Position numbers and translations under genes: made by a program | The notes under the pieces: model-generated | What the model saw: only the letters and a program-made list of their open reading frames with translations | What the model was told of the DNA's origin: nothing | Databases searched by the model: none | Source: an uncultured Gammaproteobacteria bacterium | GTDB taxonomy: Bacteria; Patescibacteriota; Patescibacteriia; Magasanikbacterales; UBA922 | DNA: 64,000 nucleotides | Reading direction: 5' to 3' | NCBI GenBank assembly: GCA_964597575.1 | Contig: CAZQXB010000001.1 | Location: 338,111-402,110 of the forward strand | Part shown: in pieces, positions 45,229-53,759 of the stretch | How the letters are laid out: each line of letters starts with the position of its first letter | Position numbering within the stretch: position 1 is the stretch's first letter

Positions 45229-46884
45229 ATGTCTGATCATTTAAATGCTGCTCACGCCTTTGTAAAAGCGCTGGAACATGAGGGGGTGGAGTATTGCTTT
45301 GCTGTTCCTGGGGAAGAAAATTTAGATTTGCTTGAGGCACTCCGCACCTCTTCAATACGCCTTATTACCACTCGCCACGAACAGTCGGCGGCATTTATGG
45401 CGGCAACCATTGGCCGCCTGACCGGAAAACCTGGTGTGGTGATGACAACGCTTGGACCAGGGGCGACCAATTTAGCGACAGCAGCAGCCTATGCCACGCT
45501 TGGGGCCATGCCTCTGTTTATGGTTACTGGGCAAAAGCCGATTAAAATAAGTAAGCAAGGGCATTTCCAAATTATTTCGGTCGTCGATATCATGAAACCG
45601 ATTACAAAATATACCCGACAAATTGTGAGCGCCACCACAGTTCCAGCCCGAGTACGGGAAGCTTTTCGTGTTGCTATGGAAGAACGGCCAGGGGCAACTC
45701 ACTTAGAATTACCAGAAGATATCGCCGCTGAAGAAGTCGGGGAGTTGCCACTCTTTCCGAATGGGAAAATTCGACGCCCTGCCGCAGAAGAAAAGGCTGT
45801 GGCGTTAGCCATAGAAATGATTGAGGGGGCAAAGCGACCGCTTATTGTGATTGGTGCAGGTGCCAATAGAAAACTCGTTTCAAAAAGCCTTCGAGAATTT
45901 ATTGATAAAACAGGTATTCCGTTTTGCTCAACACAGATGGGAAAAGGTGTCGTCGATGAGCGCCATGAACTTTCTTTGGGGTGTACGGCCTTATCTTCAG
46001 GAGATTTTGTTCATTCGGCTATTGCAGAATCAGACTGCATTATCAATATCGGCCATGATGTAGTTGAGAAGCCGCCATTTTTGATGCGCCATGATGGGCC
46101 GAAAGTGATTCATGTGAATTTTAATTCGGCAGCCGTCGACGATGTCTATTTTCCTCATTTAGAAGTTATCGGGGATATTGGAAACGCACTTTGGCAAATG
46201 ACGGAAAAAATAACCACGCAAACGGTTTGGGATTTTGCCTCCATGAAAAATACGAAAATAAAGTTAGAGGCTCACATTGCTCGCGATAGTGCGGCTCCTG
46301 ATTTTCCCATTCGACCGAGTCGGTTTGTGGCAGATATTCGGGCCGCCATGCCGGCCGATGGAATTGTGTGCCTGGATAATGGGATGTATAAACTGTGGTT
46401 TGCTCGTCAGTATAAAACCTATGAGAGGAATACCTTACTTCTCGACAACGCACTTGCGACGATGGGGGCCGGGCTTCCGGCTGGGATGGCTGCAAAACTG
46501 ACGAATCCAGAAAAAGCCGTTCTGGTCGTTGCTGGTGACGGAGGATTTCTCATGAATGTTCACGAACTTGAAACGGCTGTTCGGCTGAAGCTCAATTTAA
46601 CCATAGTCGTTCTTCGTGACGATGGATACGGCATGATTCAGTGGAAACAAGCAGCTTCAGGTATGGATTCATTTGGTTTAACATTTGGGAACCCTGACAT
46701 GGTTGCGCTGGCTAAAAGTTTTGGGGCCGAGGGGTATCGCATCAATCAGACTAATGAATTATTACCACGCCTTTCCTCGTGTCTTACTACGCCTGGGGTG
46801 CATGTTGTCGATGTACCAATTGATTACGCGGATAATATAAAGATTTTGACTCACGAACTTCGCGAAATCATGTCTGCCTCATAA
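45229..46884 (+). CDS. thiamine-pyrophosphate enzyme, acetolactate-synthase-like
   Basis: Three-domain TPP enzyme (N-terminal GVEYCFAVPGEENLDL…, central domain, C-terminal TPP-binding GDGGFLMNVHELETA). Confidence 0.8.
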   Translation: MSDHLNAAHAFVKALEHEGVEYCFAVPGEENLDLLEALRTSSIRLITTRHEQSAAFMAATIGRLTGKPGVVMTTLGPGATNLATAAAYATLGAMPLFMVTGQKPIKISKQGHFQIISVVDIMKPITKYTRQIVSATTVPARVREAFRVAMEERPGATHLELPEDIAAEEVGELPLFPNGKIRRPAAEEKAVALAIEMIEGAKRPLIVIGAGANRKLVSKSLREFIDKTGIPFCSTQMGKGVVDERHELSLGCTALSSGDFVHSAIAESDCIINIGHDVVEKPPFLMRHDGPKVIHVNFNSAAVDDVYFPHLEVIGDIGNALWQMTEKITTQTVWDFASMKNTKIKLEAHIARDSAAPDFPIRPSRFVADIRAAMPADGIVCLDNGMYKLWFARQYKTYERNTLLLDNALATMGAGLPAGMAAKLTNPEKAVLVVAGDGGFLMNVHELETAVRLKLNLTIVVLRDDGYGMIQWKQAASGMDSFGLTFGNPDMVALAKSFGAEGYRINQTNELLPRLSSCLTTPGVHVVDVPIDYADNIKILTHELREIMSAS

Positions 46885-46921
46885 GACTGACTTTGGTTTT
46901 GTCGGGTTTATCTCTATACAT

Positions 46922-48283
46922 ATGTTGAACGTTATTCATCCGGGAACCGGAGAGGTTATTCAAACGTATCCGCTTCACTCTAAAGAAGAAGTAGAGACTC
47001 GACTGAAGAGGGCAAGCGAAACTTTTTTGACTTGGAAATTACTCTCATACCGAGAACGGGGGGCGCATCTGAAGCGTGTGGCCGAGGTGCTTCGTGCAAA
47101 GAGTGAGGTTTTGGCGAAACTCATGACGGACGAAATGGGAAAACCTATGAAACAAGCGCGAGCCGAAGTAGAAAAATCTGCCTGGGTTCTTGAGTATTAT
47201 GCAGAACAGGGTGAGCGTATTCTCTCAGAAGAAGGTATTCAAAGCGATGCGACCAAAAGTTACGTTCGTTTTGATCCAATGGGAATTATTTTTGCGATCA
47301 TGCCGTGGAATTTTCCTTTCTGGCAAGTGTTTCGATTCATTGCGCCGGCCGCTATGGCTGGAAACGTGGGGCTTTTAAAACACGCGTCGAATGTTCCGGG
47401 CTGTGCTTTGGCGATTGAAGAAGTATTCCGATCGGCCGAAGTGCCAGACGGGGTCTTCCAGTCGTTACTTATTCGGGGTGGGGAAGCAGAAGCGCTTATT
47501 CACGATGAGCGTATTGCGGCTGTAACATTAACAGGAAGTGAGGCTGCAGGGAGAGCGGTGGCAAGTGCTGCGGGTGCAGCTCTTAAAAAAACAGTATTAG
47601 AGCTCGGGGGAAGCGACCCCTTTATCGTGCTTCGTGATGCGAATATTTCAGATGCTATTGCTGTGGCCACTACTTCACGTTTACAAAACGCTGGTCAAAG
47701 CTGTATTGCGGCCAAACGATTTATTGTTGAAGAAGAGGTTGCTGACGCATTTATCAGTGGACTGAAACAAGCATTTGAAACCATTAAGGTAGGGGATCCC
47801 TATGATGAGACTACCGAATTTGGCCCGCTTGTTAGTAATGAGGCAAGAAATGAAATTCATACGCAGGTAACTAAAGCGCTTGAGGCAGGTGCGCGCTGTG
47901 TTACAGGGGGAACATCGCTTTCCCGTCCCGGATTTTTTTACGCCCCAACCATTCTGACCGATATTACGAAAGACATGGCGATTTATAAAGAAGAAGTATT
48001 TGGGCCGGTTGCCCTTGTGTTTCGGGTAAAGAATCTCGCTGAGGCGCTCCAGATTGCGAACGATACCCCTTTTGGTCTTGGTGCTGCTATTTGGACTGTT
48101 GACACGGCTAAAGCTGAAGAGGTGGCGAAAGATATTGTGGCCGGCACCGTTGTTATTAATGGTATGGTGAAATCTGACCCCCGTTTGCCGTTTGGAGGCA
48201 CAAAGATATCCGGCTATGGGCGAGAGCTCTCTTCGTATGGAATGAAAGAGTTCGTACATATCAAGACTGTTTGGATTCGCTAG
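46922..48283 (+). CDS. NAD(P)-dependent aldehyde dehydrogenase (succinate-semialdehyde-DH-like)
   Basis: ALDH fold with catalytic Cys/Glu region (ELGGSDPFIV…QSCIAAKRF) and FGLGAAIWT. Confidence 0.85.
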   Translation: MLNVIHPGTGEVIQTYPLHSKEEVETRLKRASETFLTWKLLSYRERGAHLKRVAEVLRAKSEVLAKLMTDEMGKPMKQARAEVEKSAWVLEYYAEQGERILSEEGIQSDATKSYVRFDPMGIIFAIMPWNFPFWQVFRFIAPAAMAGNVGLLKHASNVPGCALAIEEVFRSAEVPDGVFQSLLIRGGEAEALIHDERIAAVTLTGSEAAGRAVASAAGAALKKTVLELGGSDPFIVLRDANISDAIAVATTSRLQNAGQSCIAAKRFIVEEEVADAFISGLKQAFETIKVGDPYDETTEFGPLVSNEARNEIHTQVTKALEAGARCVTGGTSLSRPGFFYAPTILTDITKDMAIYKEEVFGPVALVFRVKNLAEALQIANDTPFGLGAAIWTVDTAKAEEVAKDIVAGTVVINGMVKSDPRLPFGGTKISGYGRELSSYGMKEFVHIKTVWIR

Positions 48284-48323
48284 AACTGGAATTTTTTCAG
48301 AAACGTGCTATACTCTACCTTGT

Positions 48324-49271
48324 ATGGAGACCCTCATTGGCCACGAATCTATTCGGGCATACTTTGAAAAAGCTGAACAAGCTGGTGCCCTCCATCACGC
48401 GTACATGCTCGTTGGGCCAGAAGGGGTAGGGAAACGCACATTTGCCCGCCTCGTATCTGCGCGTCTTCTTGGGGTTAAGCCAGAGGCTTTACGTCAACAC
48501 CCAGACGTGTTCGAACTCGTTCGTGGGGTGGACGAAAAAACCGGCAAAACCAAGAAATACATTTCGACGGATGACATTCGTGGGCTTTTGGCCCGATTAT
48601 CAGAAGCGTCTTTTTTGGGAGGCTACCGTGTAGCCTTTATCGACGGGGCAGAGGATCTCAGTATCGGCGCGGCCAATGCGTTTCTTAAAACGCTTGAAGA
48701 ACCAAAAGGCCGAACCATTCTTTGGCTTATTGTCGAAGATGAAACACGGGTTCCGCTCACCATTCGCTCTCGCTGTCAGGTGGTTATGATGCCGCGAGTA
48801 CGCACCTCGCTTATCTCGGACGCACTCATACTTCGGGGAGTACCAGCGAAACAGGCAGAACAGGTGGCCCGCATTTCACTTGGGCGGCCGGGTATAGCGC
48901 TCGAGGCTCTCGAGTCTACAGAGGAACGTCATTGGTTTGAAACAGAAGTTGAGCGGTTTCAGGCGCTCTTCGGAAAAAGTTTTCATGAAAAACTCACCCT
49001 TGTAGAAGAGCTTTTCGGGGATAAGACAGATCATATTGGAGCGCGTGAAACACTTTCTGTTCGTTTAGGGCTTTGGCAGTTAGCGCTTTCTGATATTGTA
49101 CGTACGAGTCGCGGGCTTCCATCACGAATTCTTTCTGAAGAAAAAAAACTTCCGATTGAAGGTGAGAGTGCCGTTCGTATTGATAAGGCTATTCGTTATT
49201 CCAAGCAATATATGGAAGCGAATGTACACCCCCGATTACTTATTGAACATATTCTCCAAGTTATTCCATAA
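48324..49271 (+). CDS. holB: DNA polymerase III delta' subunit
   Basis: AAA+ clamp-loader-like (HAYMLVGPEGVGKRTFARL). Confidence 0.8.
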   Translation: METLIGHESIRAYFEKAEQAGALHHAYMLVGPEGVGKRTFARLVSARLLGVKPEALRQHPDVFELVRGVDEKTGKTKKYISTDDIRGLLARLSEASFLGGYRVAFIDGAEDLSIGAANAFLKTLEEPKGRTILWLIVEDETRVPLTIRSRCQVVMMPRVRTSLISDALILRGVPAKQAEQVARISLGRPGIALEALESTEERHWFETEVERFQALFGKSFHEKLTLVEELFGDKTDHIGARETLSVRLGLWQLALSDIVRTSRGLPSRILSEEKKLPIEGESAVRIDKAIRYSKQYMEANVHPRLLIEHILQVIP

Positions 49272-49275
49272 TTTT

Positions 49276-50367
49276 ATGCGTATCGTTGCATCTCGGTTAG
49301 CCTTTCTTCTTATCGCGGTTGTCGTTCTCGGAGCGGGTTGTGATTTTTTTAGTGGCAACAAGCAAAATACCAGTGCCGGTCCTGTTGGTATGTTTGTTTC
49401 AAGCGACCAGGGAAGCACTTGGAAACCCATTGTTTCATACCCTACCACTCAAGGCGTTCGTTCTCTTTCCGGAGTGAGCGTTTTTCGTTTAGTTGATGAT
49501 CCGGCTGCTTCTAATTCTTTTTACTGGCTTTCTCGGGAAAGTGGTCTTTTCTTTACGACCGATGAGGGTGCATCTTGGCAAGGGGCCAGGCTGCCTGTGG
49601 CAAATGCCTTTGTATACGACATAGCGGTACATCCTGAAAATAAATGTGTGGTGTACGCTTCGCTTGGAAGTGTCGTGTATAAAACAGATGATTGTACGCG
49701 AACTTGGACAGAGGTGTATCGTGAATCACGAACCAATACTAGAATTGCAGCACTTGCCATTGATCCGTTCGCTCCGGACTCTGTAGTTATGACAGCAGAT
49801 AATGGCGATATTTTGCAAAGTGTCGATGCGGGGGAAACGTGGGCGACGATGTATCGGTTCAAGGTTCCATTTTCTGCGGTAAAACCAGACCCTATTCAGG
49901 AAGGTGTTTGGTATGGAGCCTCTCGCAAAAAGGGGTTGTACCGAAGTGATGATGGTGGAATTACCTGGGAACCGCTACAGGCAAATATGAAATCATTCTC
50001 CGGTTCTGCAGATTTCCGACGTTTAGTTATTCATCCGAAAAAAGCCGGAGTCTTGTATTGGGTGTCGGCGTATGGTATTTTGGTCTCGAATGATAGTGGA
50101 GAGACATGGCGTCCTATGAAACTGGTAACCCCTCCCGGAAGTGCGCAGATTTATGGTTTTGCGGTGAATGTGAACAATGATAATGAAGTATACTACACTG
50201 CCACCATTAATCAGCGTTCCACCTTTTATCGGAGTGCCGATGGAGGCGAGAGTTGGAAGACACAAAAGCTTCCTTCCGGTCAGGTGCCAACCGCGCTTCG
50301 GGTGCATCCTGCCGAAGGAAAGGGGAATCTTCTCTATGTTGGTTTCAATTATTTACCAAAACAATAA
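49276..50367 (+). CDS. lipoprotein with BNR/Asp-box repeats (beta-propeller)
   Basis: Lipobox VLGAGC, then repeated S/T-x-D-x-G-x-T-W boxes (SSDQGSTW, TTDEGASW, SVDAGETW, SDDGGITW, NDSGETW, SADGGESW). The start was set to MRIVASRLAF. Confidence 0.65.
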   Translation: MRIVASRLAFLLIAVVVLGAGCDFFSGNKQNTSAGPVGMFVSSDQGSTWKPIVSYPTTQGVRSLSGVSVFRLVDDPAASNSFYWLSRESGLFFTTDEGASWQGARLPVANAFVYDIAVHPENKCVVYASLGSVVYKTDDCTRTWTEVYRESRTNTRIAALAIDPFAPDSVVMTADNGDILQSVDAGETWATMYRFKVPFSAVKPDPIQEGVWYGASRKKGLYRSDDGGITWEPLQANMKSFSGSADFRRLVIHPKKAGVLYWVSAYGILVSNDSGETWRPMKLVTPPGSAQIYGFAVNVNNDNEVYYTATINQRSTFYRSADGGESWKTQKLPSGQVPTALRVHPAEGKGNLLYVGFNYLPKQ

Positions 50368-50393
50368 AGCAACACTCAAAAATATACTATCTT

Positions 50394-50945
50394 ATGAATC
50401 CTGTTCTCGAACATAAAGAATCGTTTGAAGCCGTCTATGCTCACTTGAAGCATGATGTGGCAAGTTTGCGCACCGGGCGTGCGACACCGGCTCTTGTGGA
50501 AGATGTTTCGGTTGAAGCGTATGGGAGTCGTCAACCAGTGAAGGCTGTTGCTTCTATTTCTGTCCAAGATGCGAAAACCATTGTGGTTGAACCTTGGGAT
50601 AAGAGTTTACTCCAGGCGGTCGAAGTCGGCATTAGAAATTCCGGGCTCGGAATTAGCCCGGTAAACGATGGAAAACTTATTCGGGTATCTCTTCCAGAAC
50701 TGACTGCAGATCGTCGCCAAGAACTTATTAAGGTGCTTGCGCAAAAATTAGAAGCTGCCCGCATTGCGATTCGCCAAGCACGCGAAGAGGTGAAAAAAGC
50801 GATTGAGCATGGCGAAGACAATGGTCAGATCACCGAAGATGAAAAATTTGGGTATTACGAAGACCTCGAGCTTCTCGTCAAAGAGCATAATGAAAAAATA
50901 AAAATGGTGGGAGAGGAAAAGGAAAAAGAAATTACGACGATTTAA
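50394..50945 (+). CDS. frr: ribosome recycling factor
   Basis: MNPVLEHKESFEAVYAHLKHDVASLRTGRATPALVEDVSVEAYG…, 183 aa. Confidence 0.9.
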   Translation: MNPVLEHKESFEAVYAHLKHDVASLRTGRATPALVEDVSVEAYGSRQPVKAVASISVQDAKTIVVEPWDKSLLQAVEVGIRNSGLGISPVNDGKLIRVSLPELTADRRQELIKVLAQKLEAARIAIRQAREEVKKAIEHGEDNGQITEDEKFGYYEDLELLVKEHNEKIKMVGEEKEKEITTI

Positions 50946-50960
50946 AAAGAATAGGTGATT

Positions 50961-50990
50961 AAAAACCTACCCATCCGGGTAGTTTTTTAA
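50961..50990 (+). terminator. rho-independent terminator after frr
   Basis: AAAAACCTACCC-ATCC-GGGTAGTTTTTT. Confidence 0.55.
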
Positions 50991-51000
50991 TCTGAGACCC

Positions 51001-51030
51001 TTGACTTTTTTCACTTTTTTTTGGTAATAT
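51001..51030 (+). promoter_or_regulatory. AT-rich sigma-70-type promoter driving the second GC-rich gene
   Basis: TTGACT, 18 nt, then TAATAT. Confidence 0.45.
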
Positions 51031-51073
51031 TTTGCCGGGTTACAGATGTGACCCAGAAAAGAGATACCTGAAA

Positions 51074-52075
51074 GTGATAACCGCAGTTTGGCGGCTCCTC
51101 GGAGCCGCAATATTCTTCTTCGTTGTGGCACTCTCTGCGTGCGGCAACGACCCCGTGGATTCGGGGGGGGCGCCGACGACGCCGGCGGTCGAGAGCTTCA
51201 TGAAGAGTCTCTCCGAGGCGTGCCCCGTGGGCAACCTGGAGAGCAAGGCCGAGCGCGACGCGTGCGCGTGGGCTCTCCCTGCTCGGGTGGCCGGGGTGCA
51301 GAACCCGCGGCGCCAGATCGTGTGGGGTGGTCAGAAGGAGGGGGCGGGCCTCCTCCCCTATGACATCGGTCACGTGACCGAGTTCGACAGCGCGCGCGTC
51401 TTCCCGATGCTCTATCTGTCGACGTTCGCGTTCGAGAGCCGCTACACCTGCACCCGGGAGGTCAATCCGAACGACGGCATCGAATACGAGGTCTGCCAAG
51501 TTCCGAGCCGTTTCCGCGAGCTCGATCCAGGCGAGTACGCGTACCCGTTCTGGCACGCACCAGGAAAGATCAAGTCGTACACGCAGGCAAGGAAGATCAT
51601 CTTCTACTTCCAGGCTGGGGTTTGGGTCGCAGCGCTCCGGTCGAACGATCTCGACCCGAACCGTATCGTGACTCCTCGTGAAGATCGTGGGTGGGAGTGG
51701 GAGGAGGATGGGGAGAGGCAGCCTCGGGTGACCAGTTTCACCTACGTGTTCTCGCCAGGGAACGAGTACGTGGCAGAGCTGAACACGGCGTATCAGGCAC
51801 TCGCGCTCGCAGAGCGAGATCGGAACTGCATGAGCTGCCACGAGCCGGACAACAAGGGTGCGATGCCCAAGCTCGAGCTGCTGCGCTATCCGGTTCAGGC
51901 ACTGTCGGGCAGGAAGGATCTGATCCGGATCCTCGAGGACAATACGATGCCCCCTGCCGTTGGCATCGGGGATTCCGAGGCGCTCGACAGGATGAAGGCA
52001 CTCGCGCTCGAGTTCAATCGTGTCGCGGACAAGGCGTACGCCTGGGAAGATGGGGTAGGGAGAGGGGGGGACTGA
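51074..52075 (+). CDS. putative lipoprotein with a CxxCH heme-c-type motif, encoded in a second high-GC island
   Basis: A GTG start is proposed, because the track start lies inside the −10 box. The protein has a lipobox (VVALSAC) and CMSCHEP near the C-terminus. GC is about 65–70 % with a strong GC third-position bias. Confidence 0.55.
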   Translation: MITAVWRLLGAAIFFFVVALSACGNDPVDSGGAPTTPAVESFMKSLSEACPVGNLESKAERDACAWALPARVAGVQNPRRQIVWGGQKEGAGLLPYDIGHVTEFDSARVFPMLYLSTFAFESRYTCTREVNPNDGIEYEVCQVPSRFRELDPGEYAYPFWHAPGKIKSYTQARKIIFYFQAGVWVAALRSNDLDPNRIVTPREDRGWEWEEDGERQPRVTSFTYVFSPGNEYVAELNTAYQALALAERDRNCMSCHEPDNKGAMPKLELLRYPVQALSGRKDLIRILEDNTMPPAVGIGDSEALDRMKALALEFNRVADKAYAWEDGVGRGGD

Positions 52076-52106
52076 GAGTCACGGAGGGGTTCCCCACGAG
52101 GTTCTG

Positions 52107-52152
52107 ATTCTTTCACCGGAGGCATGCACGCGATTTGCGAGCATGCCTCTGT
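52107..52152 (+). terminator. rho-independent terminator after the GC-rich gene
   Basis: GGAGGCATGC-(13-nt loop)-GCATGCCTC followed by TGTTTTCTTTTC. Confidence 0.55.
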
Positions 52153-52179
52153 TTTCTTTTCTTGACACTTTTCCGGTTC
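52151..52179 (+). promoter_or_regulatory. promoter of the glyQS leader
   Basis: TTGACA, 17 nt, then TATACT. Confidence 0.4.
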
Positions 52180-52184
52180 GTCGA

Positions 52185-52358
52185 TATACTTATTTTTACG
52201 CGATACCACAATGATCTGAGGTGGCACTCAGGGAGTATGTGTCGCACAACTGAGCTAAAAAGTGTCCTAGTAAATTACTAGGAAACTTGGGTGGAACCCC
52301 CCGAAATAACCGGGGCCCAAGGCCGTTTTTATCGGGCCTTTTTATTTTTTTTTAGGCC
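52185..52358 (+). ncRNA. putative T-box riboswitch leader (glycine-type) with terminator
   Basis: The roughly 175-nt leader contains AACTTGGGTGGAACC, which matches the T-box consensus AANNNGGGTGGNACC. It is followed by alternative hairpins and AAGGCC…GGCCTT plus a T9 run immediately before glyQS. Confidence 0.45.
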
Positions 52359-52376
52359 TTGTCTTACCTAAACGGT

Positions 52377-53756
52377 ATGTCCAAACAAGTCTCGTTAGAA
52401 GAAATTGTATCGCTTGCAAAACGTCGTGGATTCATTTTCCCCGGCAGTGAAATTTATGGCGGGCTTGCCAATAGCTGGGATTACGGTCCACTTGGCCACA
52501 TGCTGAAACAAAATATTAAAGCCGCATGGTGGAAATTTTTTGTCCAAGAGCGGGAAGATATGGTACCCATGGACACGGCCATTATCATGAACCCAAAGGT
52601 GTGGGAAGTGTCTGGGCATTTAGAAAATTTTAGTGATCCACTTGTTGAATGTAAAGTGTGCCACCACCGTTTTCGTGCCGATCATCTTCTTGAAGCTAAA
52701 GCTGCAGAACCTGGCTACGACAAAGAAACACCCCGTGATATCCAAGAAATTCCCTGCCCTAATTGCGGCGGGCAACTGACAGGTCAGAAAAATTTTAACT
52801 TGATGTTCAAAACGTTTCTTGGGCCGACAGAAGATTCAACCTCAGTTGCATATCTTCGCCCCGAAACTGCGGCCGGCATGTTTGTGAATTTCAAAAATGT
52901 ACTTCAAGCAAGTCGTCGTCGTCTGCCATTTGGTATTGCGCAGATTGGAAAAAACTTTCGTAACGAAATTACACCTGGGAATTTTATTTTCCGTACCCGC
53001 GAATTTGAAATTGGAGAATTCGAATATTTTATCAATCCGAAAGATTGGGAAGGGGTATTTGAAATGTGGCTTTCAGAAATTAAACGTTGGTGGAAAGATG
53101 TCATGCAAGTCAACATGGATAATTTGGTGTGGCATGAAATTCCAGACGGTGAGCGAGCGCACTATTCCAAACGTACCATGGATATTGAGTATAAGTTTCC
53201 GTTCGGTGTAAAAGAGCTTCATGGTATTGCGTATCGGACAGACTTTGACCTTGCTCGCCATATGAAGGGGAGTGGAGAAAGTTTGGAATATCTTGATCCG
53301 GTCACCAATGAAAAATTTGTTCCTCATGTGATTGAACCAACATTCGGTATCGATCGTATGCTTTTGGTATCACTCCTTGAGGCCTACCATGAAGAAGAAG
53401 CGCCAACTTCTGAAGAAGGGGAGACTGACAAACGTGTAGTCATGAAGTTTCCGAAACATTTAGCCCCATACAAAGTGGCCGTTCTTCCGTTATCGAAAAA
53501 ACCAGAATTATCAAATGTGGCCAAGGAACTTGCTCAGACCCTTCGAAAAAATTTCATGGTTGATTACGACGAAACTCAATCGATTGGGAAACGGTACCGC
53601 CGTCAGGATGAAATTGGGACCCCATTTTGTGTCACCGTTGATTTTGATTCATTGAATGATAAGGCGGTAACGGTGCGTGATCGAGACACCATGACACAAG
53701 AGCGTATTGCCATGGCAGAATTGTCACAATATATCGCAGGAAAACTCGCACAATAA
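52377..53756 (+). CDS. glyQS: glycine--tRNA ligase (alpha2 homodimeric type)
   Basis: MSKQVSLEEIVSLAKRRGFIFPGSEIYGGLANSWDYGPLG… The track ORF starts 18 nt earlier at a TTG. Confidence 0.9.
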   Translation: MSKQVSLEEIVSLAKRRGFIFPGSEIYGGLANSWDYGPLGHMLKQNIKAAWWKFFVQEREDMVPMDTAIIMNPKVWEVSGHLENFSDPLVECKVCHHRFRADHLLEAKAAEPGYDKETPRDIQEIPCPNCGGQLTGQKNFNLMFKTFLGPTEDSTSVAYLRPETAAGMFVNFKNVLQASRRRLPFGIAQIGKNFRNEITPGNFIFRTREFEIGEFEYFINPKDWEGVFEMWLSEIKRWWKDVMQVNMDNLVWHEIPDGERAHYSKRTMDIEYKFPFGVKELHGIAYRTDFDLARHMKGSGESLEYLDPVTNEKFVPHVIEPTFGIDRMLLVSLLEAYHEEEAPTSEEGETDKRVVMKFPKHLAPYKVAVLPLSKKPELSNVAKELAQTLRKNFMVDYDETQSIGKRYRRQDEIGTPFCVTVDFDSLNDKAVTVRDRDTMTQERIAMAELSQYIAGKLAQ

Positions 53757-53759
53757 TCA

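Noticed and set aside
51011-52227. Antisense and alternative-frame ORFs (51011–51841 minus, 51088–51363, 51691–52107, 51738–52001, 51895–52227) in the second GC-rich island
   Set aside because: The same GC-driven absence of stops applies. They are nested in or antisense to the lipoprotein ORF, which alone has a promoter, a lipobox and a terminator.
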